Origin: Gammaproteobacteria bacterium
Lineage (GTDB): Bacteria; Pseudomonadota; Gammaproteobacteria; Eutrophobiales; Eutrophobiaceae
Direction of reading: 5' to 3'
Length of the DNA stretch: 64,000 bases
NCBI GenBank assembly: GCA_965200295.1
Contig: OZ241347.1
Coordinates: forward strand, 3,006,093 to 3,070,092
Shown: piece after piece, positions 1 through 9,081 of the stretch
Position numbering within the stretch: position 1 is the stretch's first letter
Layout of the letters: each line of letters opens with the position of its first letter
Notes under the pieces: model-generated
What the model was told of the DNA's origin: nothing
The model's database searches: none
What the model saw: the letters and a program-made list of their open reading frames with translations, nothing else
Program-made: the position numbers and the translations under genes

Positions 1-155
1 ACCTGAAAAAGGGGACGGTGCCCAAAGACCCCTGGGGCAATGACTATCGGTATCAATCGCCTGGTAATAACGGCGTTTACGATTTATTTACCTACGGCGC
101 CGACAATCAGGCGGATGGGGACGATGAAAACAGGGATATTGTGAGTTGGGAATAA
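1..155 (+). CDS. gspG: Type II secretion major pseudopilin GspG, C-terminal part (5' end outside the window)
   Basis: Frame 3 translates to '...DPWGNDYRYQSPGNNGVYDLFTYGADNQADGDDENRDIVSWE*'. This is the typical GspG C-terminus (DPWGN.Y.Y..PG..G.YDL.S.G.DG). The following genes are gspH-M. Confidence 0.8.
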   Translation, partial: LKKGTVPKDPWGNDYRYQSPGNNGVYDLFTYGADNQADGDDENRDIVSWE

Positions 156-196
156 GCTGTAGCGGGAATTAAGAACCGTATCTGATGAGACTGGAA

Positions 197-345
197 GTAA
201 CCTCTAAAAATGCCCTCCGTGGCATTTTTAGCGACGGAAACGGAAAAATGCGATTTTCCGTTTCCGTCATTTTCAGTCACTCACGTGACTAAAAATGGCA
301 GCATATCCCTATGCTGCACAGGCGCCTCTAATTTTTAGAGGCGCC
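197..345. repeat. Full copy of the composite palindromic intergenic repeat (REP/MITE-like), lying between gspG and gspH
   Basis: Five consecutive hairpins are seen directly: cctctaaaaatgcc-ctccgt-ggcatttttagagg; gacggaaacggaaaa...ttttccgtttccgtc; agtcactcacgtgact; gcagcatatccctatgctgc; ggcgcctctaatttttagaggcgcc. The same architecture recurs at least 8 more times in the window. Confidence 0.8.
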
Positions 346-363
346 TTGAACTCGCCAGCCGTA

Positions 364-816
364 ATGCCCGGCGCAACGGTGCGGCGGGGTTTCAGCCTGC
401 CGGAATTGCTGCTGGCGCTCATTATCCTGTCTTTGCTTCTGGGCCTCAGCGCGCCGCTGTTGACCCATGCGCTTGACGGCGCCCGTCTCAAGCGGACGCA
501 ACGGGAGATTGTTTCCGCCCTGCGGTTTTCCCGCAGCAGGGCCATCAACACCCAGCGCGTGGTTATATTCTCTCTTGATACTCATACCGGTGCCATGCGC
601 ACGGGAGCAGATGAACGCCACATCTCATTGCCCGATGGTGCCACCTTGGGTATACAGGTTGAGCCTGCCGAGCAGTTGTCGGCCCAGGAATACGCGGTGC
701 GGTTCTATCCGGACGGCAGCGCTACGGATATGACGCTGTCGTTCCGGCGTGGCGGGCAGATTTTCCGCATTGAGGTGGATGCCCTGACGGGCAGGGTAAC
801 TCGTTTTGCGCCATAA
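364..816 (+). CDS. gspH: T2SS minor pseudopilin GspH
   Basis: Prepilin leader 'MPGATVRRGF/SLPELLLALIILSLLLG'. Start moved to the ATG at 364 because the ORF-track start at 295 lies inside the palindromic repeat. Confidence 0.75.
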   Translation: MPGATVRRGFSLPELLLALIILSLLLGLSAPLLTHALDGARLKRTQREIVSALRFSRSRAINTQRVVIFSLDTHTGAMRTGADERHISLPDGATLGIQVEPAEQLSAQEYAVRFYPDGSATDMTLSFRRGGQIFRIEVDALTGRVTRFAP

Positions 817-1198
817 TTGCGCTGCATCCCAGCACGGTTTCACCCTGTTGGAGGTCATGGTGGCGTTTGTCATCACCACCATGGCTCTGGGCGCCTTATA
901 CCCAATCTATGTCAAAGGAGCTGCCGCACTGGACCTGGCGCGAGACTACGCCTCGGCGCTGTCCATCGCGGAATCGAAACTGGCTGAAGCCCTCCGCCCG
1001 GACCTGCCGCAACAAGGCCGGGAGCTGGACCGGTTCGATTGGGAACTCTCAACGCAAACGTATATCAACGTGAGCTTGGATGAGGTGTCCTCTCTGTCTT
1101 ACACACTGCTTCTGGTCGAAGTCAATGTGCGCTGGCAAAATCGGGGCAAGATCCATGATACAACCCTGCAAACACTGAAGCCGACGCTACGTGATTAG
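806..1198 (+). CDS. gspI: T2SS minor pseudopilin GspI
   Basis: 'QHGFTLLEVMVAFVITTMALGALY' prepilin N-terminus with a TTG start. Overlaps the gspH stop. Size and position fit GspI. Confidence 0.7.
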   Translation: MRHNCAASQHGFTLLEVMVAFVITTMALGALYPIYVKGAAALDLARDYASALSIAESKLAEALRPDLPQQGRELDRFDWELSTQTYINVSLDEVSSLSYTLLLVEVNVRWQNRGKIHDTTLQTLKPTLRD

Positions 1199-1850
1199 TT
1201 CGGTTTTCGCACCTGTGCGTCGTAACGGCTTCGCCCTGCCGGAAGCATTGTTGGCGATGCTCCTGCTCATGTTTATTGTGCTGATACTGTACAGCGCGCT
1301 GTTCTCCACAGGCAATTACCAGCGCGCCGGCGATATTCGGCTGCGCCACAACGATGACAAGCGCTTTGTCCACTCCTTCCTGCGTCGGCAGGTTGAGCAA
1401 GCCGTGCCGTTGATAGCAGTGGAAAATGGCGTTGTGCAGGCATTGTTCCGCGGCAATGAACACATGCTGCGATTTGTCGGCCCATTGCCTTCCTATCAGC
1501 GAGATGACGGATTGTATTTGCAGGAATTATCGCTGGCTGATGACGCGCTGATACTCCGCTATCACCCGCTGACCCGTGCAGCGGCGCTGTTTGCTGACGA
1601 CGGTCTGGCGGGCACCGAGCAGATCATCCTGGCGGACTCGGTTGAACGGCTTGAATTAGCCTATTTCGGCCGCCACACGGCAGGCGGCGCGGCGCACTGG
1701 CGAGATGCCTGGGATAACCCGGAATGGTTGCCATCGCTGTTGAGACTGGGTGTCGTAATGGAACAACGCGAGGTCTGGCCGGCGCTGGTGGTCGCACTGC
1801 GTGCACAAGCTGAATGGCGCCCGCCACAGTTGGGGTTGTACCTGCAATAA
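1191..1850 (+). CDS. gspJ: T2SS minor pseudopilin GspJ
   Basis: 'RRNGFALPEALLAMLLLMFIVL' prepilin-like N-terminus. About 219 aa, positioned between gspI and gspK. Confidence 0.7.
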   Translation: MISSVFAPVRRNGFALPEALLAMLLLMFIVLILYSALFSTGNYQRAGDIRLRHNDDKRFVHSFLRRQVEQAVPLIAVENGVVQALFRGNEHMLRFVGPLPSYQRDDGLYLQELSLADDALILRYHPLTRAAALFADDGLAGTEQIILADSVERLELAYFGRHTAGGAAHWRDAWDNPEWLPSLLRLGVVMEQREVWPALVVALRAQAEWRPPQLGLYLQ

Positions 1851-1854
1851 CGAC

Positions 1855-2784
1855 ATGCAGAGCAATAACGAACAGCGCGGCGTGGTTCTGGTACTGGTGC
1901 TGTGGTTGCTGGCGCTCCTGAGTCTCATGGCCGGCGCGCATAGCTACGCCCTGCGAACCGAAACCTGGTTGACCATTCACGCGCAGGACCGGGCGCGGGC
2001 GCGGGCGGTGGCCGAAGCCGGGGTGTGGCTGGCCGTGGCCGACCTGTTAAGCCCGCCCTCGGCGCAAAGCTGGCCGCATGATGGCACCCCCATCGAGGTC
2101 AACTTTACGGCCGGCGCCATCGAGTTGCGCATACAGGATGAAGCCGGCCTGATCGATATTAACAGCGCCGATGACGCCTTGTTACAAGGGTTGTTGGTCA
2201 ACGCCGCGCCACCGGGGCAAGATGCCGCACTGTTGTTTGACGCCCTGCTGGATTGGCGCGATGCCGATTCCAACCGGCGCAGTGGTGGCGTAGAAGATCA
2301 GGACTACCAGCACACACTGCATGACTCAAAGAATGGCCCCTTTAACAGCATCGAAGAATTACGCCGGGTCGCAGGGATGAGTGGTACAATTTACCGCGCC
2401 ATCCGCCCTGCCGTCACCATCCACTCCCTGCAACCCGGGTTCAACCCGGCGCTGGCGCCGCGGGCCGCGCTCGAAGCCATACCGGGCAGCCGTGCAGAAC
2501 TGATCGATGCGTATCTGGCTACACGTCATGTGCCGGGGCAAACGGCTACCATCACGGACACAGCCCACCACCACTTCAACGCGCGCCAAGGACTCACGCT
2601 GAGTATTACCAGCACCGGCCGGGTGGGTCACGGCAGGTTACAGGTGCACGCAGTGGTGGCGCTGGATCGCACGCGTACGCCGCCTTATTCGGTGCTGGGC
2701 TGGCGCGAGTCGCGCCTGCCTTATACACATCCGTTACACCCGGATGATCAGGACTTTTTGCCCCCCGATGACAGCAAAAATTAA
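1855..2784 (+). CDS. gspK: T2SS minor pseudopilin GspK
   Basis: ATG at 1855 gives 'MQSNNEQRGVVLVLVLWLLALLSLMA...', the GspK-type N-terminus. About 310 aa. Confidence 0.7.
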   Translation: MQSNNEQRGVVLVLVLWLLALLSLMAGAHSYALRTETWLTIHAQDRARARAVAEAGVWLAVADLLSPPSAQSWPHDGTPIEVNFTAGAIELRIQDEAGLIDINSADDALLQGLLVNAAPPGQDAALLFDALLDWRDADSNRRSGGVEDQDYQHTLHDSKNGPFNSIEELRRVAGMSGTIYRAIRPAVTIHSLQPGFNPALAPRAALEAIPGSRAELIDAYLATRHVPGQTATITDTAHHHFNARQGLTLSITSTGRVGHGRLQVHAVVALDRTRTPPYSVLGWRESRLPYTHPLHPDDQDFLPPDDSKN

Positions 2785-3829
2785 ACAGCGCCTAGGGGCC
2801 GCGCTGGCTTGGTGGTCAGCCGGGTTGCTGTCCGCCTTACCGGCGCGCTGGGCCGCCAAACTGGTCACTCCGATTGATACGATGACTGTTACGCGCCAGG
2901 CCGATGAACTGGTATTCAAGCTGTATGACGGGGACGGCACAGCGCTGCTTGAGCAACGCAGCATGGATGTGGGTGATGCCGCCGCGCAGGACGAGGTCAA
3001 CCGTTGGTTTGCTCAGCGTCAACGCAACGTCAGGCTGGTACTGCTGCTGCCCGGCGCTGCCTTGCTGGAAAAGCGCTTGGTGTATCCCTTGAGCGCGGCA
3101 CCGGACTTGCGCGCGCTGCTGGCCTTTGAGGTGGAACGGCTAACGCCGTTCAGCTGCGAGCAAGTGTACTTTGACTACGCTATCACCCGCCGCGATGAGG
3201 ACAGCAACCGGCTCCATATCGATATGTACCTGGCATTGAGGGAAACTGTTCAAGAACAAATTGACGGCTTGCGCTTCCTGGCGTTAACACCCGCGGCGGT
3301 CACAGCAGACAAGGCAAAGTCCCGCATTAACTTCCTGCCTGAGGCTGCGCGCGGCGTTACTTCACCGGCAGCCCGACCACTCCTGTTGCCTGCACTGTTG
3401 TGCCTGGTCCTGTTGATTATCGCGCTGTACACCCCGCTGCTACGTTACGAGGCATTAACCGAGCAGCTTGAGGCACAAGTGCGTGATAACCGCGCCAAGG
3501 CGCTGCAAGCCCAGGCACAGACGGCCGGACAACAGCTTGCCCTGGACCGTGCCCGGTTTCTATCAACCCAACCACGCTTCCCCGCGCCGGCGATGCAGCT
3601 GCTGCTGACGCTGACTCGCAGCCTGCCTGACCACACCTCGGTGCAGCAAATCATCCTGCGCACAGATGAGATTCAGCTACAGGGCGAGTCTGCCGCCGCA
3701 GCCTCGCTCATCGGACTAATCGAGGCCTCGAACTATTTTGAGCAGGTGGAGTTTCGCGCGCCGTTGACCAAAAACGCCCATGACGGCAGGGAGCGGTTTC
3801 ACCTGGCAGCCCGGTTGCGGCAGCCATGA
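2744..3829 (+). CDS. gspL: T2SS inner-membrane component GspL (start uncertain; a plausible ATG lies at 2768)
   Basis: Size (about 355 aa) and position between gspK and gspM. Has a central hydrophobic segment 'LLLPALLCLVLLIIALY'. Confidence 0.6.
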   Translation: MIRTFCPPMTAKIKQRLGAALAWWSAGLLSALPARWAAKLVTPIDTMTVTRQADELVFKLYDGDGTALLEQRSMDVGDAAAQDEVNRWFAQRQRNVRLVLLLPGAALLEKRLVYPLSAAPDLRALLAFEVERLTPFSCEQVYFDYAITRRDEDSNRLHIDMYLALRETVQEQIDGLRFLALTPAAVTADKAKSRINFLPEAARGVTSPAARPLLLPALLCLVLLIIALYTPLLRYEALTEQLEAQVRDNRAKALQAQAQTAGQQLALDRARFLSTQPRFPAPAMQLLLTLTRSLPDHTSVQQIILRTDEIQLQGESAAAASLIGLIEASNYFEQVEFRAPLTKNAHDGRERFHLAARLRQP

Positions 3830-4398
3830 AGCACAGGATTTTGACACCCGGACTGCACGCCCTGCTGGCTGTCGGTATCACGCTTATTCTCTTAGGGGCG
3901 CTGTATTATGCGCTGCTATGGCCGGCGCTGAGCAGCCGCGCAGTAAGCGCCGAACGTCTGGCCGCCCTGCACTTCCAGCAACAACGCTTCGAGCAGCTTG
4001 CCCGCGCGCCCGAACAGCCTGGCGCAGCGCCGGCCTTGTTGATCGGCCCGGACTCCGCCGAGTTTCTGCCAGAACAAGCGCCCGCCCTGGCCGGGGCCTA
4101 TCTGCAACAGCGATTGAGCGCTCTGGTAACCGAGGCTGGCGGCGCCCTGCTCAGCAGCCAGGTGTTGTCGAACCATGCCGATAACAGCCTGTTCCCTGCG
4201 GTAACCGTGAAGGCATCGTTGAACGGCAGCATGGCCACACTGCACCGGCTCCTGTACCGGATTGAAAGCCACCGACCGGTGTTGCTACTGGATAACCTGC
4301 TGATACAGGCGCGCAACGCCGGCGCGCCCGCCGAGCCGGATGAGCTGGACATCCGGTTTGATGTGACGGCCTTCATCTACCGGGCGCAGCAACCATGA
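3826..4398 (+). CDS. gspM: T2SS protein GspM
   Basis: 190 aa with an N-terminal transmembrane segment 'LHALLAVGITLILLGALYYALLW'. Overlaps the gspL stop. Confidence 0.65.
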   Translation: MKHRILTPGLHALLAVGITLILLGALYYALLWPALSSRAVSAERLAALHFQQQRFEQLARAPEQPGAAPALLIGPDSAEFLPEQAPALAGAYLQQRLSALVTEAGGALLSSQVLSNHADNSLFPAVTVKASLNGSMATLHRLLYRIESHRPVLLLDNLLIQARNAGAPAEPDELDIRFDVTAFIYRAQQP

Positions 4399-4898
4399 TG
4401 CCCATGGTCCGCTTGCTGCGTCGCTTGCTGTTAGGGGCAAGCGTTGGTCTGGCCGGGTACAGCGTGTATGAATGGACCCGGCCCTATGTTGCGCCTGATG
4501 TTGTGCCATCTGTGAAACAGGACACAGCGGCGCTGCTGACAACCGTCAGCGCCAGCACATATAACCTGCCACCCGTTGAAACCTTTGCCGAAATCCTGGA
4601 ACGCCCGCTGTTCAGGGCCGACCGGCGCCCTTACACCGCGCCGCAACCCGTGACGGTCGATGAACCGGCGCCAGCGCCCGTGCCGGAAATTCCCCTGACC
4701 GAGCAAGTGGCCCTGCGCGCCACCATTATCATCGGCGAGAAACGGATTGCCCTGCTGCACGATATGGTCAACGACAGCCCACTCCGGCTGAGCCAGGGCG
4801 ACAGCGTGCACGGCTGGACGCTGACCGAAGTGGGCACCAACAGTGTAGCCCTGCAGAAAGGCGGGATGACAGAACGTCTGGCGCTGCAACAGGAATAA
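4395..4898 (+). CDS. gspN: T2SS GspN/GspC-like protein (N-terminal transmembrane segment plus a homology-region-type C-terminal domain)
   Basis: 167 aa with a transmembrane segment 'LLLGASVGLAGYSV'. C-terminal 'IIIGEKRIALLHDMVNDSPLRLSQGDSVHGWTLTEVGTNSVAL' resembles the HR/PilP-like fold of GspC/XpsN. Position follows gspM. Confidence 0.5.
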   Translation: MMPMVRLLRRLLLGASVGLAGYSVYEWTRPYVAPDVVPSVKQDTAALLTTVSASTYNLPPVETFAEILERPLFRADRRPYTAPQPVTVDEPAPAPVPEIPLTEQVALRATIIIGEKRIALLHDMVNDSPLRLSQGDSVHGWTLTEVGTNSVALQKGGMTERLALQQE

Positions 4899-4912
4899 GC
4901 CAAATCATAACC

Positions 4913-6643
4913 ATGAGCATAACAACCATCGGCGAGGCGCTGGTCAAGGCCGGCAAGTTACAACCCGAAGAGCTGCAACAGGCGCTGTCAGTCAACGACC
5001 AACAAGCTGACGGCATTGGCCCGCTGCTGGTGCGGCTTGGCCTGGTGTCGGAGGCTGATCTGGTGAACGCCTATGCCGAACATTACCACCTGGAACGTCT
5101 GGCAGACCATGAAATCCCCGTCGCGCCGCTCAACCCGGACCTGTTTGCCGGCGTTTTTCTGGAACAGGCGGGCGTGTTGCCGGTCAGTGAGGAACGCGAG
5201 CGCATCACTCTGGCCGTAACCGACCCGGACGATCATTTTACCGTGCGCGCAGTGGAACTCGCCTGTGGCAAGGCGGCGCTGCTCAAGCTGGCGAGCATCA
5301 GCCAGATGGACAATGCCCTGCGCCGCCTCTACGGCGACGACAAGTCCACCATGGAGGACATTGTCGAGGCGATACCCGCCGATGCAGTCGCGACCGGAGA
5401 GGATTCTGTGGCAGAACTACGCTCTCTCGCCGCCGAAGCGCCCATCATCCGGCTGGTTAACCTGATCATCAACCGCGCCGTGAGCCTGCGCGCCTCCGAC
5501 ATTCACATTGAACCGTTTGCCAGACGGATGAGTGTGCGCTATCGCATCGACGGACTGTTACAGGACGCCGAGGCGCCGCCAGCCCATTCCGGCGCGGCAA
5601 TTATCTCCCGCATCAAGATCATGGCCCGGCTGAACATCGCCGAGCGGCGTTTGCCGCAGGACGGACGCATACAGCTACGCGCCCAGGGTCGGCTGTTGGA
5701 CTTGCGGGTCTCGACGTTTCCCACCCTGTACGGGGAGAGCATGGTGTTGCGCATTCTGGACCAGGGCCAGGGGAACGCCACGCTGGAACAACTCGGTTTT
5801 AACCCGGCGGTGGCGCAAGGATTGCAGCAGTTGCTGACCCTGCCCCACGGCATCATCCTGGTCACCGGCCCCACCGGCAGCGGCAAGACCACCACCTTGT
5901 ATGCCGCCTTGCAGCGCCTGAACACGGCTGAGCGCAAAATCCTCACGGTAGAAGACCCGGTGGAATACCAGCTTGAGGGCATCAATCAGATGCAGGTGAA
6001 ACCACAAATCGGGCTGAATTTTGCCGCCGCGCTACGGGCGCTGGTGCGGCAGGACCCGGACGTGATCATGATCGGCGAGATGCGCGATGTGGAAACGGCC
6101 CGGATTGCGGTGCAGGCGGCGCTCACCGGCCATCTGGTATTCTCCACGCTACACACCAACGACGCCGGCAGTTCCATCACCCGCCTGTTGGACATGGGCA
6201 TTGAGGATTATCTGCTGACCTCTACCCTGAGCGGCATCCTGGCGCAACGCCTGGTGCGTACCTTGTGCCACGCCTGTCGGTCGGCTTACGCACCGGACCC
6301 GGCCTTGTACGCACAGTTACAGCAAGAGCTACCTGCAGGGGACGCTGATAACATCCCGCAGAACAACGAAGGCCACCCGGACGTACCGCACCTGTACCAG
6401 GCCAACGGCTGTGACGCTTGTGCCCACACCGGCTATCGCGGGCGCACTGTCATCGGTGAGTTATTGCTCCTGTCCGATACCTTGCGCAGCCTGGTACGCA
6501 AGGGCGCGGACGGCAAAGTCATCCAGCAGGCCGCCATACATGCCGGCATGGACAGCATGCGCACAGACGGGATCAAAAAAGCGCTGGCCGGCATGACCAC
6601 GGTTGAGGAGATCACACGGGTTACCCAATGCTCTCCTGGTTGA
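4913..6643 (+). CDS. gspE: T2SS ATPase GspE
   Basis: 576 aa with Walker A 'GPTGSGKTT' and a tetracysteine 'CHACRS...CDACAHTGYRGR' zinc motif. Typical GspE/PulE family features. Confidence 0.9.
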   Translation: MSITTIGEALVKAGKLQPEELQQALSVNDQQADGIGPLLVRLGLVSEADLVNAYAEHYHLERLADHEIPVAPLNPDLFAGVFLEQAGVLPVSEERERITLAVTDPDDHFTVRAVELACGKAALLKLASISQMDNALRRLYGDDKSTMEDIVEAIPADAVATGEDSVAELRSLAAEAPIIRLVNLIINRAVSLRASDIHIEPFARRMSVRYRIDGLLQDAEAPPAHSGAAIISRIKIMARLNIAERRLPQDGRIQLRAQGRLLDLRVSTFPTLYGESMVLRILDQGQGNATLEQLGFNPAVAQGLQQLLTLPHGIILVTGPTGSGKTTTLYAALQRLNTAERKILTVEDPVEYQLEGINQMQVKPQIGLNFAAALRALVRQDPDVIMIGEMRDVETARIAVQAALTGHLVFSTLHTNDAGSSITRLLDMGIEDYLLTSTLSGILAQRLVRTLCHACRSAYAPDPALYAQLQQELPAGDADNIPQNNEGHPDVPHLYQANGCDACAHTGYRGRTVIGELLLLSDTLRSLVRKGADGKVIQQAAIHAGMDSMRTDGIKKALAGMTTVEEITRVTQCSPG

Positions 6644-6737
6644 GGTGGTCTTTGAGATTTGAATACGGAACAGAACCAATATAGAATTCAGCCTCCTGTA
6701 CTCCTGTGTAACGCTCTTCAATAACCCGGGGATAATA

Positions 6738-6980
6738 GTGGAACAAATAGTGGAACAAATTGCCAACGTTCATATCGAAAAACTGCCAGAGGGGGTGTAT
6801 CTGGCTACCAGTGAAGATATCCCAGGCCTGGTTGCTCAGGGACGTAAAATTACCGAAACACTGGAAACCGCCCGCGATGTAGCAAAGAAGTTGCTGGAAG
6901 CAAAAGCGGGGCGCCACCAACAAGCCAAATTGAAACACGCTGAAGATTCGTTCGATTACCCACTGGTTCTTGGCGCCTGA
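6738..6980 (+). CDS. hicB: HicB-family antitoxin (UPF0150)
   Basis: 80 aa containing 'GVYLATSEDIPGLVAQGRKITETLETARDVAKKLLE', typical of HicB. Its stop overlaps the downstream hicA ATG (TGATG). Confidence 0.7.
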   Translation: MEQIVEQIANVHIEKLPEGVYLATSEDIPGLVAQGRKITETLETARDVAKKLLEAKAGRHQQAKLKHAEDSFDYPLVLGA

Positions 6981-7203
6981 TGGGTCGGCTGTCAGGGTTT
7001 AATACCGGCAGGTTATCAGCAAACTGAAAAAAACTGGATTTGAGTTTGACAGGCAGGCTGCCAGCAGCCATGAGATCTGGTTCAATCCCAAAACTGGCAG
7101 ATATACCACCATTCCCAATCATCCGGGCGATATGCCTGAAGGAACTCTGAGGGCGATTCTCAAGCAGGCAGAGGTCGAAGTAAACCTGTTTTTGGAAGCT
7201 TGA
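6980..7203 (+). pseudogene. hicA: HicA-family toxin with an apparent +1 frame disruption near codon 9
   Basis: The ATG at 6980 reads 'MGRLSGFNTG...' and hits a stop after 15 codons. The +1 frame from about 7006 reads 'RQVISKLKKTGFEFDRQAGSSHEIWFNPKTGRYTTIPNHPGDMPEGTLRAILKQAEVEVNLFLEA*', a complete HicA body. Confidence 0.6.
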
Positions 7204-7381
7204 TAGTCACGCGTGGACGGTTGTTTTCCTGCACCCCGTCGGTCCAGCGATACGCATGACCCCACTGATTATACTGCACCGCCACCACGTTATCCGTCCA
7301 GTCGGCCCGCTGCCGGGCAAGCGCACCCTTCCTTGATAAAAGACCTGAAAGATGGCCTACAAAGACAGTTGCAAAGCTCAA
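7160..7381 (-). pseudogene. Short RHS-repeat relic
   Basis: 7207-7330 is nearly identical at nucleotide level to an internal segment of the RHS genes (encoding RADWTDNVVAVQYNQWGHAYRWTDGVQENNRPR). The flanks are unrelated. Confidence 0.7.
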
Positions 7382-7679
7382 GTCCGACAGACTGCCAGGG
7401 GGCGTTAGCCGCCAAGGTCGTCATTCACCCGAGTATCTGGAATCAGGCATCGTCGCCACCCGACGATGTCGCTACAGGCCCGAGGGCGCTTACTCGCTGG
7501 CAGGCCGGCGCCGGGGTCGGCGGGACAACCAGCGCACCAGCAGGGCACCGCCTAGCAGCGCGGCCATGGATGCGATCAGGTTAAGCGTCATGTGTCTTTC
7601 TCCTCGGCGCCAAGCATCACCAGGAACCAGCCCAACAAGGTGATCGCCGCTTTGGATTTGACGATGTCGTGGGCTTCAT

Positions 7680-8576
7680 TCATACGGACAAAATACAGGG
7701 ACATAACCCTGTTGTCAAATGCGGGTCGATGCGCTGGCCCCAGACGTCATAGCGCAGGCGCTGTAAGATAACGCCGTCAGGGTCTACCACACCGACCACG
7801 CTGTCGAGGTGGTCTTTGAGATAATAGCGGGTGTCGTTAGCCGTGCGCGTCCCGGCCTTGTTGTGTTGCTGGGTGATGAGCACCGTGCCCCCGGCCAGCG
7901 TGCGCCGATAGGTGCTGGCGCCGTCGGCGGCGATGACATGCTCTACGGCGCCGAGATAGACCGTGGTCGTGGTACTCGTGCCCTGACCGGTGCGCACCGT
8001 GTCCGTGCGGGTGCTGCGGCTGCGGTCGGGGCCATAAACAAAGGTGGTGGCGTGTGTGCCCCGGGTGATGCCAGCCACCTTGTTAAAAGCCGTGTAGGTC
8101 AGCGTGCGCCCGGCGCCGCTGAGTTGGTTGCCGTTGGCATCGTAGGTGTAGGTGTCAGTACCGGCCTGCACCACAGCGTGCGGGCCGGGAGTGCTCTCAT
8201 CCGTGCTGCCGTAGGTGTACGCGCCCACCCCGCTCTTGCGGGTGATGTTGCCCTGAGCGTCGTAGTCCACAGTGCGGGTGACGCTGGTCCGGCCGCCAGC
8301 GGTCCAGGCCCGCACCAGACGGTTGTGGCGGTCGTAGCTGAGATACTCGCCGAACCGGATAGCGCCCGCCTGCCAGGCGCGCTGACTTAAGTTGCCGAGC
8401 ACATCCCAGCCGTAGCTGTCCTTCTGCAAGCGCACACGCAAGGCCGTGTGGGCATTAATCAGACCCACGCGCCCGGTGCTGTCCGAAATGCTGCGCACCG
8501 TACTGACCGCACCGCCGCCTAAGGTCTCCCGGGTAACCTGCCCGCGCGCGTTGCGATGGTTGATGGTGCGATACAC
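7680..8576 (-). pseudogene. Internal RHS fragment truncated at both ends
   Basis: Nucleotide and amino-acid identity to the RHS body from 'YRTINHRNARGQ...' to 'WGQRIDP'. It then diverges to 'HLTTGLCPCILSV*'. No N-terminal body and no toxin tip. Confidence 0.8.
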
Positions 8577-8718
8577 GGCGCGTGGGCGGTGGTAAATATA
8601 GATTCAATGGGATTGGTCGTGCGGATCGACTGCCAATGCGCGCCGGGAAGTCATAAAAGGCCAGCAATGTCTCGCGGTCATCGTCGAGGCAGATGGCGGT
8701 GCACCCCTCCTTTGCCCA

Positions 8719-9081
8719 TCAATGCATTTCCACGGAAAATCTTTCAAATTTGATCCCCCCTTTCGTTATAGTAATCTTATCTGTGACGTCGAAGCCGTAC
8801 GAAACATAGCCTAATTTTTTTGTCACCTCTTTGCCCGATAAGAACTCAACGCCTAAATTGTATCCTGTGTCACGTTTTACGAAAAACTGCATTTCGACTT
8901 CCTCGTCTTGCTCTAACCCCTTAACGGTTTGGGTATTTTCGTTAACTGTAACTTGTATCAATGCAATGATTTCATTAGATTGATTTACGATAGTCAGGGT
9001 TGCTTTGCCATCTTTTGAACAATTAACTAATACGAGCATGGCTCCCACCAAGCAGAGAAATTTCAAGCAGCATGTTTTCAT
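8719..9081 (-). CDS. Putative lipoprotein immunity protein for the HNN-motif RHS tip (low GC)
   Basis: 120 aa with a lipoprotein-type signal 'LCLVGAMLVLVNCS'. Its ATG shares one base with the stop of the upstream RHS toxin gene. Paralogous to 12667..13041. Confidence 0.65.
   Translation of the reverse strand: MKTCCLKFLCLVGAMLVLVNCSKDGKATLTIVNQSNEIIALIQVTVNENTQTVKGLEQDEEVEMQFFVKRDTGYNLGVEFLSGKEVTKKLGYVSYGFDVTDKITITKGGIKFERFSVEMH

Noticed and set aside
295-363. The 5' extension of the gspH ORF call, from ATG 295
   Set aside because: This stretch is part of the composite palindromic repeat (hairpins 4 and 5). The prepilin leader MPGATVRRGF starts at 364.
7213-7584. The plus-strand ORF of 123 aa
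   Set aside because: A low-complexity Pro/Ala/Ser-rich translation that overlaps an RHS relic and the small minus-strand ORFs. It has no start context or homology signal.
8455-8753. The short ORFs 8455..8667 and 8556..8753
   Set aside because: They lie across the RHS-fragment boundary. They are antisense or out of frame to the RHS-derived sequence, so they are unlikely to be genes.
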